Shown: one piece after another, positions 15,940 through 30,942 of the stretch
Numbering within the stretch: the first letter of the stretch is position 1
Layout of the letters: each line of letters starts with the position of its first letter
Assembly: GCF_009914755.1 (NCBI RefSeq)
Contig: NC_060930.1
Direction: 5' to 3' (one strand)
Length of the DNA: 64,000 bases
From: the human T2T-CHM13v2.0 reference genome, Homo sapiens
The notes under the pieces: generated by a model
Told to the model about the DNA's origin: nothing
The model's database searches: none
Seen by the model: only the letters and a program-made list of their open reading frames with translations
Translations under genes and position numbers: made by a program

Positions 15940-16995
15940 TTTATGTTTACTTTGGAAAATATTAAACATACAGAAAAGTAGATAGAAGAATGTAACAAAC
16001 CCACATGTACCTAGATTCATTAACTATATTAGTTGATTTGTTCAAATTTGGATCTGAATAATGTCCACACATTGTGTTTTGGTTGATAAGCCTTTTAAGT
16101 CTCTTTAATCTGTAAGTCCTTTCTCTCCTCTCCCATTCTCACACAGCACTTGGGTGATTAAAGAAACCTGAATATTAGTACTAGAGTATTAGTACATCCT
16201 AGCAATATTTATACATTATATAATAGAAAGTCCTACATTCTAGATTTCTTTGCTTAGTATTATTCACACATCTCTCAGTGCCCAGAATATCCTGTAAACT
16301 GGTAGTTATACTAGAAGTTTGATAAGATTCAGACTTGAATATTTTTGGCAAAAATATTTCGTAGGTGTCGTATACTTCTATTAGGAGGCTCAGAATATTC
16401 AGTGCTCCATTTTTTGGAATATTAACAGCCATTAAAATCATCACCTAAATCCATTTTATTAAGTTTTGCACAGTGGAAATATTATAATTCTACCATTTTG
16501 TCTTTATTCATTAGTTGGAATAAATACAGGGAGGCTTCACTCTTCAGCTATTTAGTTATCTTGAGTTACGGTTAATTTAGGAAAGGCGTGTTAAATATTT
16601 CTTTCCCTATAGGTTTCAGAATATGTTGGTTTCCTACTATCATCCAAAGATTATCAGCGATATCAATTTTATAATCTATAGATTGGTGTAAAAGTAACTG
16701 CAGGTTTTGCCATTGAAATTAATGGCAAAACCTGCAATTACTTTTGCACCAACCTAATATTAAGAATTTTAAAATATATTTTATGTGATTCAGTCCATTA
16801 CAGTTACTTCCTTTGTTTCAATCTTTTTATTTTACCTCAGACTGGCTAGTGGTAGTGATTTCAAGCTGGCTCCTCAATTCTTGTGACAGAACTTTAGTAA
16901 GCTTTGATACCTTCCTTATTTTCTAGTGTTATGAGATGTTTCAAGCTCTAGTATATACCTGGTTCAAATGTGGTATCAGTCATTGCTCCAAAGAG
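15940..16995 (-). mobile_element. Old L1M 3' fragment (hosts the MADE1)
   Basis: Diverged reverse-strand L1M-type 3' UTR (aaacatacagaaaagtagatagaa...gtcattgctccaaagag); boundaries approximate. Confidence 0.5.
16678..16757. mobile_element. MADE1 (Hsmar1-derived mariner MITE), full 80-bp hairpin
   Basis: tagattggtgtaaaagtaactgcaggttttgccatt-gaaatt-aatggcaaaacctgcaattacttttgcaccaaccta: long terminal inverted repeats with a 6-nt spacer. Confidence 0.95.
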
Positions 16996-17417
16996 TCACA
17001 AAAGTTTGGATAAATTAAAAAGTGCAAGATCAGTAATAAAAATATTGGGAAGCATTCCTAACTTATGTGGTGAACACCAGTAAACATAATTCTGCTGTCC
17101 ACCTATCCATTCCAGGGTACAAACACCAAGTTTAAGAAACGTAAGTTCTGTGCTGATGTAGCAATTATTGCAAGTTTCTTACAACTTAAATTTTATAGTT
17201 TTGACTACATTTTTTTCTCATGATTTACCATGAGTGTTTGTGTTTGGTCATCTATGTATTCTTTAAACTATATGTCATAAAGTTGAAATTCCCAATATAA
17301 GCTAATATTTTATAAATTAGACCTGAAATAAAAACAAAAAATATGGAATTTCTTAAATATCCACCTAAATACAAGCTTTGATAATAATCTGGAGAATAAA
17401 AAGCATAATACATACTA

Positions 17418-17804
17418 GGTATTTGTCCATTCTCACATTGCTATAAAGAACTACCTGAGACTCAGTAATTTAATCAAGGAAAGAGGTTTAATGGACTCAC
17501 AGTTGCATAGGCTTAACAGGAAGCATGGCTTGGAGGCCTCAGGAAACTTATAATCATGGCAGAAGGTGAAGGGGAAGTAAGCACATTTAACCATGGTGGA
17601 GCAAGAGAGAGAGAGAGACAGTGAAGGTGGAAGTGCCATGTGCTTACAAGCAACCAGATCTTGTAAGAACTTACTATCACAAGAACAGCAATGGGGAAGT
17701 CCACCCCCATGATTCAATCAACTCCCACCAGGCCCTTCCTCCTACATGAGGGGATTACAATTCACAATGAGATTTCAGTGAGGACACAGAGCCAAACCAT
17801 ATCA
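17418..17804 (-). mobile_element. MaLR solo LTR (MSTA/THE1D-like)
   Basis: ctataaagaactacctgagact...ggaggcctcaggaaactta...gacacagagccaaaccatatca; 5-bp TSD tacta/tactg. Confidence 0.9.
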
Positions 17805-17974
17805 TACTGGCAACAAAAAGATGAGAGGAATATACAATCGTTATTTAAGAAAATAACCTTTATTTAAAGCAATTATATAAATGTATAGAAGTTTTGGGAT
17901 CCACTTCTAAATAGTTCTAAATGCTTATTTATACATGTGTCTGTATGTATATATACATGCATGTCTGTCACACT

Positions 17975-18140
17975 GGCAGTATAGCATCATGTTTAAGAAC
18001 ACGATTTGTAAAGTCAGACTGCCTGAGTCCTTTTAATAACTGTGTGACCCAAAAGAAGTTACCCAACTCCTTTTTCTTTCGGTTTCTATGCCTTTAAAAT
18101 GGGTATAATAATAACTTATCGTAAGAATGCAAATGAATTA
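17975..18140 (+). mobile_element. MIR
   Basis: agtcagactgcctgagtcc...ctgtgtgacc...aagttaccc...aaaatgggtataataata. Confidence 0.7.
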
Positions 18141-18745
18141 CTACAGATCCATCATGATTTGTCCAACATCAGGAATAAAAGCTCTGAAAACCAAAAGTTT
18201 ATTCAAATTCTGAACTATGATGAGGCAGTTTATAGTATTTAATAATCCCTCTTGCTTTTGCTTCAGGGAGACTAATGTGTCTGATCACAGGAAGTTGTTC
18301 CAGACTCCACTAGAGAATTAATAAGCTTTCATGTCTGAGCATAGGCTATTGATTTTTCATAAACTGTCTTTCAACACTACTGCATCCTTTTAATACTTGC
18401 TTCTACTTTTTTCTTAAATGGGAAAGATACTTTAAGACTCTCAGGATTATCTCATTTCTTAAAACATATACATGAGATTATTTTTAACTATCTTTTTAAA
18501 CATATATTTATATCAGTATTATGAAGCACATCACAGTTGACTAAATAAACCACAAACCTATAAAGAATAACATTTCTCTAAAACTAAAGTGACTTGATAT
18601 TTGTTTTGGATTATTATGGATTATTATACAGCTTGTGAATGGTTAAAAACATTCCACAGTCATTTAAATTTCTAAGTTTATTTCTTTTCCAGTTGCATTA
18701 AATATAAATACTCAAGAAAAATAATATTTAAAGTATCTATAAGGA

Positions 18746-19543
<798 letters not shown>

Positions 19544-21684
19544 AAAGTATCTATAAGGAAATGACAACTTTTTAAGTGAACAGCTTCTCTGTCTAGTTCC
19601 TACTGACTGAGCTGTATGTACGCTGGAAAGGGAACAAGACACACATTTAATAGAGGAGGGCCAAGAGCACTGGAAGAAAGTCTGAACGTTTGGTTCATCC
19701 ACAATACACAGACACTTCAAAATAAAATAAATCATTTAAGAGTTAATTTATGTAGGTTTACATAAACTTCTGGTTTCTGTTTCCTATTTTTCATTTTTTC
19801 CTTCATATAAAAACCACAGGAAGCATTACTGTTGTCAAATACTTGACCCGTTAAGTCACTCAAACCATATCTGCACAGTGGCCACTTCACGTTTCCTTTC
19901 AAAACCTTCATCAAACAGTTAATAGTTATAGCTTTTTAAAAAATCTTCATTTGAATAGGAAGCTTGTTTAATTCCTCTACTTTACTCCTATATACAGTAT
20001 CATTCTTTTCTGTATGTACATGAAAATGTGATGGTTGTCATGGGCTCCCTCACAGGTAATAATTTTTGAAGTTCTTACCTCCTCAAGACTAATACAGATC
20101 AAAATCATTGTAGGGGTCAAAAATCCTTCACTTAATTAATTGACTATATTGAAATTATTTTAGTTTCTGAACATATATGGGGTAGTCAATGAAATCAAAA
20201 TTAGTTTTGAGTGACAAGAGACAGTACAGAAATGCCTCTTTTATATCTGAAGGGTTGTAAAATTCAGTATAAAACAACAACAACAAAAAACTTCATGCAA
20301 AAAAGAACTGGAACCATTACAGAAAAAAAGAAATTCTGAAACCTAAATGATCAGTTTCATCTACATGAATAATTCAATATTAGGTGTAATTCCAAAAGGA
20401 TATAGCAAGTTTCAAGATTCAATTTATTATGTTTTTGATCCAATGAAGTAGATCAAAGCCCCAGACTAGGAACTTTCTACAAACTACATATAAAAATGCC
20501 AAGTGATTTTCATCACCTTCTGGTTTATTTCCCAGTAAAAGAACCTATCAATGAGGTTTCATTCCTAACTGCTGTATTTCTGCATAACATGATAAAGCTG
20601 AATATGTTCCATTACCACAGTTTCCTACTCACGGGTTGTAAGCTCATTTTATATTTAAAGTATGAAAGTTGTGGAAAACCCATTATTTGAATATTTTAGA
20701 AAGAATCATAATCAAATATGGTTTTTGAATGGAAATTACAGAATGAAAAGCAAAGTCTTCACACTTTCTAAAGTACCAATTTGCAACTCTTGTATTTAAA
20801 AAAAAAATACAGATGGACGTAAACTTGTACAGGACCTCTAAAAGTCTGCTTGTGCTGGTACCAATAAAGTCTATTTCTTCCAGACAGTCTCCTTATGAAC
20901 CTGCTCTGAAGACATGAAGATAAATGTAAGCTATCAATCACTTCCATGGCAATAGATTGTGATGTCAAAACAGAGAGGAATACAGATTTATGGTAAGATG
21001 GCATATATTTGGATAAACAAAAAATTTAGCAAAAGGTCTAAAAACAGGTAAAATGGGCAGGATTATGTTTACTTACATCCTGAGGTTTCTTTAGTAGCAC
21101 AAATTACATATTGTTATAAAAGAATTAAACTTCATTTATATCTTGATATCTATATTCTTCTTCAAAATTATTCTCATTTCAGGGCATTGGAAAGCTCACG
21201 TAACTTAAAAAGAGGACAATTACTGTTGATATTTTAATATTTTCATACTCTAACAAATTAACATTTCATATTAAGTAAAAATAATTATGTACTTATGCAA
21301 TCAAAAATGTACAGTAATAGTGATAACTACATTCATTCTAAAAGGGAGCAATATCAGTACCAAGGGGGAAACTGATTCTTAGAGGGGACAAAAAATACTA
21401 CTCTTTTTATACACATACATAAACAGATACACAGCATATTTGTGGTATTAAAAATTTCATCAGAAGACATTAGGAAACAAATTCTAAAATGGCTGGTATG
21501 GATGATAATGAACAAAAGTTTCAAAAACACGAGATATACTCCCATTAGCTGAGAAAAGAGGACTATAAGATGATACAAAGTGGATGAACAACAAAGTGAC
21601 AGAAATTTTGCCCTAAGAGAGAAGGAGTTTGCACTCTTAACACTGAGGAGGTAGATCAGTAGGAAAAAGTTTAGTCCAGAAATT

Positions 21685-21860
21685 TAAGTTATAGCAACTC
21701 TTTTCATTAGCCATGTGCTTGGCCACATTACTTAACTTTCCTTACTCTTGCTTTCCTAAATCTGTAATGGAGACAACAAAACCTAAGCTCATGAGGTTGC
21801 TAAATTGAATGTAATAATGGAGGTGAATCCTTAGCACAGTGCACTGCAAATAATAAATAA
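21685..21860 (+). mobile_element. MIR (donor of a local duplication)
   Basis: ttacttaactttc...tttcctaaatctgtaatgg...acctaagctcatgaggttg...cttagcacagtgc. Confidence 0.7.
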
Positions 21861-22000
21861 TATGTTAGAAATAAGTATTAATAATATGTATTTTAATATA
21901 AATTTATATTGACAAATAAAAACATTAAGGCTAATCTTCCAAAGCCTAAAACATGTTACAAGATGAACTTAATACTAAAATAATCTGAATATAAAATAGG
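21779..22000 (+). repeat. 222-bp dispersed direct duplication, copy 1
   Basis: Matches 24342-24563 with no gaps and 3 substitutions seen. Confidence 0.95.
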
Positions 22001-24341
22001 ATCCTTTAATGCTTTAGTGACCAAATTCAAGAATAAGATATTGAATGGAACTGTAGAACCTATATTTGTATAAAATTTTAGGTGAGTACACCTCCATCTG
22101 CTCAAGATGATGTATACATTTATAAGCCTTAAGGAGAGGGGCTAGACCAGATGGTCTTGTATTCTCTTCCACCTCTATTCTTTTAAAATCTCAAATAATT
22201 TCGGTTAAACAAATATGATCACTCAAAATCATATAAAAGATACAACTTCTTAGCCCATGTTTAAGAACACAATAGCTTATATTTTGAAACAATTTGTTTT
22301 GCATGTGAATTTAGTCAAAAATAACAAACGATAACTGCATTCATAATTAACAGTTCTGTGGCTTTCTTGAATATAAATCAGAAAGAAACAATATTTGTTT
22401 AATGCATTACTGAAAGTTCATGTTCTAGTAGCCCTATGTGAATTGTCAATGTGTATTCCATAGCTTGTTATGATTTATCTTCATCACCCACAGGCCAAAA
22501 TTACCAGACTCCAATTACTTTGCTTCCTAGATTCAAGAAAGAGAGAGAGAAATTATGTTAATCCTACCACAGGAGATGGTTTAAAATGCCCGAGGTAAAG
22601 AAAGTAATCTACTGTTCTCTGACATTCACTGCCTGAAAGTCATTCACATTAACAACCATTCAAACTTGTTTAGTGCAAGCCAATTGCTTCTATTTCCCTC
22701 TTGTCAGTTACATTAGCTCCAATTCAAATTTAACTCTTATAAAATTAAAAAAATAAAACTCTCTCAAAGCCAGACAAGGGTATATGTGGGTGCTGACAGA
22801 ATATAATGCTTCTGAATTTACCAACTTTAATAAGATAAATTTCAAAGTTTGATTTTCAAGAAGTACACTGTACTCTTATATGCTTATATTTGTTCTCTTT
22901 TCTAACCCTCATAAACTTGGGTGTAATGAATGGACAAATAAACATATTTGTCAATTTAAAACAAAAAAATAAAAATTATCATTTATACTATGGACAGCAT
23001 CAGCAGAAAAAGCAAACGTCCCTAATTTCAACCAAGACTATGTCATTACTTATGATTATGAGGTAGAGATCAAGTTACATTTCAAACTGCATAATATAAT
23101 CTAATATTCTTTCACTAAGAACTATGAAACTCATATAACAGACCATTAACTTCCAGACAATTTAGAGCTTACAAGGTTAACATCAGCACTACAAAAAGGA
23201 AATGGGGATGACATTTAAATAACAGTAAGTGGCAATATACCATTATACAACCTAATGAGGATACTAGTTTTGATGTTTATCTATTATGTTGAACTATAAG
23301 ACTTACATTTTACAAGCAGATGAACCTTTTTTTATATTATTCAAGACATAAATCTTACATGTGTTGCTAAAAATGTATGATATATAATACAGCTACCAGT
23401 GAACTGAATCTTACATTTTTTAAAATCTAAATTTACTCCATTTTATCTTGTTTTGTCCTCTGTGTCTTTGCGTGTGTTTATACATTTGTGCATGAAAGAG
23501 AAAATGAGAGGACACTGACCTCTTTTTGGGCCTTCCCATGTCTGCATGTGTTGGGAAAGCCAGAATGTGGGTATAGCTCATGCACTCCTTAAAACTGTCT
23601 TAACACTTTTCATATATACAGAAAGAGCCTGAGATGAAAGCAATAAATCCAAATATATTTAGAAATAATTGATTGAATTGATTGTCAAATCCTTGCTGAA
23701 GGCAGTATTTCAACTTAAGAATGAGTCACATACTTCATGTGCTCAATTAATGAAAGAAAGAGCAGACATACTTAGTTAAATCTATTAGGGAGAGGTCCAT
23801 TAATCGTAAACTTTGAGTAGTAAAACAAATTGCAGGAAGCTACAAATATTGATAAGATCTGTAGAGAATCTTGCTCAGAGACGGTAGTCAAATACTTGGA
23901 AAACAGCAATGTGGACATCAACACTGATAGGCTTTTGTGCCTTCGGGTTTTCTGTTTTTCTATGTGATTAGCACAATTCTAGGTGCTACTTATTTGAACA
24001 CTGTGCCAGTTGTTACTCTTAAATTATTAAGATCAAAATGAAACCTAACTTTCTACTTATTTATGTTTAATATGTTAATGTTTTATATATAATACTTAAT
24101 GTTAATGTTTAATATTCATTATTAATATGAATAACATTATGCTTAACATGTTTCTATTTATTAGAATAAAATACTTTTTTCCTACCAAGAAATATTTGTA
24201 AATGCAGTTATCATTCTACCTTTACTTCATTGAGATGTTTCGACTGGTTTTGGACTGGGATGGGCTTAAATTAGTTAACAATTTTTCATTTTCCCCATTC
24301 TCTTGGGTAGATTTATTCTATAAAAATACAAATGCATGATT

Positions 24342-24563
24342 AAACCTAAGCTCATGAGGTTGCTGAATTGAATGCAATAATGGAGGTGAATCCTTAGCAC
24401 AGTGCACTGAAAATAATAAATAATATGTTAGAAATAAGTATTAATAATATGTATTTTAATATAAATTTATATTGACAAATAAAAACATTAAGGCTAATCT
24501 TCCAAAGCCTAAAACATGTTACAAGATGAACTTAATACTAAAATAATCTGAATATAAAATAGG
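24342..24563 (+). repeat. 222-bp dispersed direct duplication, copy 2
   Basis: Matches 21779-22000 at offset 2563. Confidence 0.95.
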
Positions 24564-24694
24564 TAGCTTGGTAGAAAAATATTTTGCAATTTCCCTTATA
24601 ACTTTATGCATGGTGGCAGATAAAATGGAGAAATGTTATCACATTTGGAATAGAATAAAGGTTAATAAAAAGCTGAATTAGCTTACTTCTTAGA

Positions 24695-25130
24695 GCTAGG
24701 GTTTTATATTTTTTATGCTATGGATCCCTTTGGCAGTCTACTGAAGCTTAGTCCGTTTGTGAGAATAAGGTTAAAAAATGCTTAAAATAAAATGCAGAGA
24801 ATTCCAACAGAAACTATAATACATAACTATATTACTTTACCAACGCATTTAATAGAGGGAAGTCTAATAAATATTGTAATTTCAAAGTAGTGAACAATAA
24901 ATCATATTCCAAGCTATCTGAAACATCTGTAATGTGATATAAGAATATCTGCAATGTTTGTTGGAGATGAAGTCATTGTTGCTACTAACACTATTGTAGT
25001 TTGTGGACTATTTGCAATTAAAGGAAATGCTAAATTAGAGAGTAGTGAAGTGGGACATATTTTATTTTCTTGTACAAGTTCTCCTATGGCCTAAATACAA
25101 TTCATGGACATGCATAGTAAGAATTCTCAT
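24695..25130. mobile_element. Probable hAT-Charlie-type DNA transposon relic
   Basis: atggatccctttggcagtctactgaagc...aaataaaatgc resembles Charlie-family MER sequence; family not certain. Confidence 0.45.
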
Positions 25131-27454
25131 TTTAGAAGAATTCTTTCAAGTCCTCTCCATTATCTTCCTTTGACACACCCAAATCCCTCACTCCTTCTCA
25201 TTTTCTTCTAGAAGATACCCCAGCACCAACTCTAATTACGTATCTCCAATTAATGGCTAAACAGAAACTATTACATAGCAACTATTGTGTTTACACATAA
25301 ATATCTATACCAAGATAAAGATATTTCAAAAGGAATATGAATGATGAATCTGAGATAAAGGTAACACTGAGACAATCATTCAAGTTCAGAAGTATAGCTT
25401 AGCTCACTATAGAGAAAGCATGTCTACTATTCATGAATAAAGCATGAACCTATAATCCTAGTTCTTAAAAGTTATGACCCTAGGCTCATTTTCAGATGCT
25501 TTATTAATAAAATAAAATCTTCACCTACTGGTTGTATAGGATTATTAATTGAGCTTTTGTATATGACATCACTATTAAATTGTCCAGTTCTATTATGATT
25601 TACTTTGGTAAAACTTTAACCCTCCAACGCCTCTAACTTATGATAAGGAACTAAACAATATGAGTTTGCTTCAATACTAGTAATACAAGATCAATATCTT
25701 CATCTTTAAAAAGGTTTTAAAAAACACAGAACTAAATCTTAAATTAATTTCTCCTTTTCAATCTTTAGCTGGCATAAACTGGTTTGCTGAAGTGCATATA
25801 ACCAATACTGCTTTAAAATGCACAAAACTAAATTACAGGCTGGGGGGGGAGATTAAAAACATTTAATAAATTATTGGAGGGTAGAAGAAAGGCCAGGGGA
25901 AAAGAACACTTGAAAAATGGCAGAAAATATACATTATATGGAATATAATATACATTAGAATGTATGTATATATTAGCATGAAAGCCAAAAAAACCAGGGA
26001 AATATTAAAATATTTTCCACATTTTCAAACACATTTCAGAAAATAAAAGCTATCTAAATTATCACAATGGAAGTACAAAGACCTCATTGACTAAATGGTC
26101 TCCCCATATCATAGCAAACATAACAGTCCTTCATACAAATTTTACAGTTGAAAGTTTACATGTTTGCATGAAATTATATCTTCTGTGAATTCTATGTGTG
26201 CAAATTATGCTAAAACTAATATCAAATCACCTAAGACTTTGGCCTACCGCATTAAAAAAAACCTAAATCAAGGGAGAAACAAAAGAAATGACAGAAACAC
26301 ATGTGATGGGAAAGTTTTCCCTAATCAACAGTAATTATTTCAGTTTTACCTTAGTTTCCAATTTTGTTATATAAAAAAGAAATAATTTTTATTAGGAAGT
26401 AATACATATAAAGTATATTGTGTACATTTATTTTATCCAACCATTAATTCTTCCCCTTTTTCCTCTTTACATACAGTATGCACACAGGAAGAGATGTCTG
26501 AATTTCACCAAAAGTTAATAATGTTTTCTTTTTGCATGAGAGAGGTTTTGGTTAATTTATTTTTCTTTACTTTTTATATTGTGAGAAGGAAAATCATTCT
26601 ATCCTATGATGAGGTCTCAGTCTTTTGGTAAGCCTGCATCCCTGGATTATGAAGTTAACCATGGCTTCGCATTATTCCTATATAAATATGTAATAAGTAT
26701 TTATATGAATATATAAATACCAATATAAACTTAAATAAATATAAAATAGACCCAAAAGGTACACACAATTAGGAAAGTAAAATTATGGAGCTGTTCATAA
26801 GATGATTTTTTTTCCTCATTACAAATTTTCAAATATGTCTCTGCCTGAATAAATCTGTAATAAATTTATCATAAATTCATAAGGTACTATGAATACTCAA
26901 GCATTTATGAAAAATTAATGAAACTAAAGCCAAATCTATATTGTTTGTAAGAGTTTATATCACAGAACAACTGTAGTTCAATAGTTAAGTGAAAGATGAT
27001 ACAAAAATAAAACATATACGTAAAAAACATTTAAAACTAAAAATAGCATTGGACATTTATCAAAATTCTGCATGACAGAAGAATTTCTAGATTTAGCTCT
27101 CAGTTACAAGAGTATTTCTTCTAGATATATGTAAGGATAAAGTTACTATAATTCTGACCAGTACGTCTTCCCCTTGGCTTTAGTATTAACTGTTCATCGG
27201 AGACACAGCTTTTAGAAAGTCAATTTTCTCATAGCCTTAAGACAAAATAATTTGGTAACAACAAAGAGCAAAGAGATATTCACAAGGATTGCCTGAAGGT
27301 TATGCATTACGGACATTCCCCTAGATAGGCTCCACTTTATCCTTGAACCAAGCATAATCCCAACAGAAAATTTTTTTTTCTTATCTTTAGAATTAAGACA
27401 AGGTATGCTTTTCTGATTTATTAATATTTTATCCCCTTAAAAATGTTTATTCTG

Positions 27455-27680
27455 TGAATAAGAGCATAGATTTTGGACTCAGACTTCCCAGCTCAACCAG
27501 CTAATAGCTGTGTGATCTCAGGAAAGGCACTTAACTTCTTTGAGATTCTGTTTCTGCAAATGTAAAATATAACAACATCAGGACTCCTCAGGGTCATTGC
27601 AATAATTAAATAAGATAATCGTATCAAATGCTGGACAAAGTTTTTAGAATGTTATGAGTGGCTGGTAAGCATTAGCTGCT
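27455..27680 (+). mobile_element. MIR
   Basis: ttttggactcagac...agctgtgtgatctcagg...cttaacttctttgag...tgtaaaat...attaaataagataat. Confidence 0.75.
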
Positions 27681-29374
27681 ATATTATAAATAATAAATAC
27701 TGTAGTAATTGATACAGATTTTGCTTTTATTACTAGTACATTTAGCATCAAATCTATGGTGTCTTCTAATAACATAAGACTCTCCTCTAGTAACAAAACT
27801 CTATAAACATAAATTTTTGTTTACTCTCATTATCCCCCAAGTTCATTTATTTTACCTTTAGTATCACTATTTTTCCCAAAATTACTTATCAACTTAGTAT
27901 TCTTCTGTTAAATCTTTTTGTGCTTTAGTAAATAACTTAGAATTATTCTTGAAATTAGGAATGATGTAAATTACACATATATCCCTATGTAAATATGTAA
28001 ATAAAATAAAGGCCAGTTGAATAACATTTTATATTCTATAAAATTAACATTGATATTACGTTTTCTGTTTCCTAGTGTTCCTGGAGTTATCAATATCATC
28101 TGGAAAGTACTAGGAATAAAGTATAGCACTTCTGGAAAAATATTCAACTTCCTCAAAAAGACTAAAAATGATAGAAACAAAAAAAACTCCCTCAAAATCA
28201 GTCCAATATTTTACTTGAAACACAGCCTGTGCTGTGCCTTATACATAAATATAAATGAAAAACTCACATGAACAGAAAAAAAAATATTTTAACTGGTTGA
28301 TGAGAAAGCAAAATGACAGAAATATGTACACAGCCAGAAAAAAAATCCAATTTTAATAGTTAAGATTACATTAACACAGCGTTTGCTGGCAAGCACTCTA
28401 AACAAACAAAATAAATCTTAAACATACAAGTTTAAATTAAAAATAATCTCAGAAGTTAAAAAAGTTAATTGCATTAATATTTGCCATGCAAGATATCTGT
28501 AATGACTTATTTCTAAATTGAACAAAAGGAATGTATAAAATTGTTTTCTTATATATTATTCTAGTTTTTTTCATCTGAGATATACTGGGATCAACTTTGT
28601 AAAATGTCAATTTTAGTATTTCCATATTACTTCCCTCCATTAACAGGGTTAAATTACAGTTTGAGTTACTTGGTTGCTACTCAAGAGTAATATACTTCAT
28701 ATAACTAGGTGGATTTTAGCAAAATTTCCTATAAAAATAATTCCTAGATAATTTTAAGTTAAACTGCATTGCCAGGCAGAGTCCAACCACAGTAAGGTTC
28801 CCTATGACTAAATACTCTAGTAGGGCAAGATTGTAAAGTTGAATAGACATTTCATGAACTTAATTCTTGCAATTACCACATGTTGTATTTATTAGTAACA
28901 GTTCTATCATACAACTGATGATTCACCTTCTTAATATTACTTCTACTTACATGCCTTCCTCAAATTCAATTTAGGACTAATTTTACTTCCTGCACCTGAC
29001 CTAGTAGCATTTTATTAACCATTAAGTAAAAACTTGTCAAAACATTTACTGTTACCAAAAACCTACTTTTAAATAAAAATTTAACTGAGTTCTACTCTGA
29101 GGTAAAATGTTTTCAGTTTTGAGAAACTTTAAAAATCTTATTTAAAACATTATCCTAAAAGCAGAGCAAAATAAGAGTAGTACTTAGAAGTTAAAATCTC
29201 CAAACAAAGTCACTGCAATGAAAATGCTTCTGGATCAACAGCAAATGCCAGAAAATGTGTTCTTCTCACAAACTCTTAGGAAGTAAATCTTGTGACATCT
29301 CCCAAATAAGCGGCAGCTCAATTTAATTCTTTCTTGCATTTTGATTGAAATGAAAGTGAAAAAGGACTTTGCTC

Positions 29375-30462
29375 AAAATATAAACAGCCCTAAGTGTTGG
29401 TGAGGTGGTAGAGAAAAGGAACCCTTGTTCTCTTTTGCAGGTGGAAATGAAAGTTGAACAACCATTATAAAAACAGCATTGAGGTGCTACAAAAAATGAA
29501 AAGGATAACTATCATATGACTCAGCAATTGGCACCTTGTGGAGATATCTGTACTCCCATGTTCACTACAGCAGAGGTCCCCAAACCCCTAGTGACACACT
29601 GGTACTGGTCCACAGCCTGTTAGAAACTGGGTTGCACAGCAGGAGGTGAGCGGAAGGCAAGGGAGAATCACCACCCGAGCACCACCTCCTGCCATATAAG
29701 TGGCGGCATTAGATTCTCATGGGAGCGTAAACCCTATTGTGAACTGTGCATAATGTTTTAAATAGGTTGTGTGCTCCTTATGAGAATCTAACTAATGCCT
29801 GATGATCTGAGGTAGCAGCGTTGCACCCTGAAACCATCCCCTGCCACCTCCTCAGTCCATGGAAATACTGTCTTCCATGAAACTGGTCCCTGGTGCCAAT
29901 AAGGTTGGGGACCGCTGCACTACAGCATTATTCACAATAGCCAAGATATGAAAACAAGCTAAATGCCCATCAGTGGATAAATGGATAAAGAAATTGTGAC
30001 ATATATCTACATAATTCTTCCCTAAAAAAGGCAATCCTGACATTTGTGACATCGTGGGTAAACCTGGAGGACACTATGCTAAGTGAAATAAGCCAGACAC
30101 AGGCAGAAAATACTGTGACCTCACTTAAATGTGGAATCTTTTTTTCTTGAAGTCAAATGAGAAACAGAGAGCAGGGAGGGGGAGAATATCTGGAGAATCG
30201 GTTACAGGCTATACATTTGCAGTCAGGTTAGGAACATTAAGTAGACAGACAAAAATGTACAGCATGAAGACTATAGTTAATAATATCCTATTGTAAACTG
30301 AAAGCACTGCAAAAAGAGTAGATTTCAGGTGCTCTGACACCCTACAAAAGGATAACTATGGAAGGTGAGCTATATGTAAATTTGTTTAACTATAGTAATT
30401 ATTTCAGCATCTACATGTATGTCAAAACACATTGTATATTTTAACATATACAATAAAAAATA
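29375..30462 (+). mobile_element. L1MA-type 3' fragment interrupted by MER1B
   Basis: agtgttggtgagg...gagaaaaggaaccctt; ttattcacaatagccaagatatg; aacctggaggacactatgctaagtgaaataagccagacacag; ends caataaaaaat. Confidence 0.85.
29571..29917 (+). mobile_element. MER1B (hAT-Charlie MITE)
   Basis: Terminal inverted repeats cagaggtccccaa...ttggggaccgctg; perfect 8-bp TSD cactacag at 29563-29570 and 29918-29925. Confidence 0.92.
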
Positions 30463-30904
30463 AACAGACCCAAGCCTAAGTTAGAAAAACCTATTTTTAA
30501 AAGAAAAAAAACAAAGAAGCTTAAGTAAGCCATGTGTTAGTTAAATTCATGCTTATTGCTATAGATCAATCTCTTTATTTTCTTTCTGGTAAATTTTCTC
30601 TTTTAAAAGTATTTATTTTTACCAATGAAATGACTTGAAATAAAGTTAATAGATGAGAAAATTACCCATACAATTATTTCCTGATCTCCACAAGTATCAC
30701 ATAGGGTATTTTTTATTGTTATTTCATCATACCTTGATTCTCTCATTTAACATTGTATTATGTTCATTATTGGATTAAGACGTTACACAAATAACTTTAA
30801 TGGCTAAAAAATGCTTAATACATAGACATAACATAATTTATAAAACCATCTTGTTATTGTTAAGCATTTCTTTCCAATTCCCACTTAAATATGTTATTTT
30901 TTTA

Positions 30905-30905
<1 letters not shown>

Positions 30906-30940
<35 letters not shown>
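30906..30940. repeat. (TG)17 microsatellite
   Basis: Pure TG run. Confidence 0.97.
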
Positions 30941-30942
<2 letters not shown>

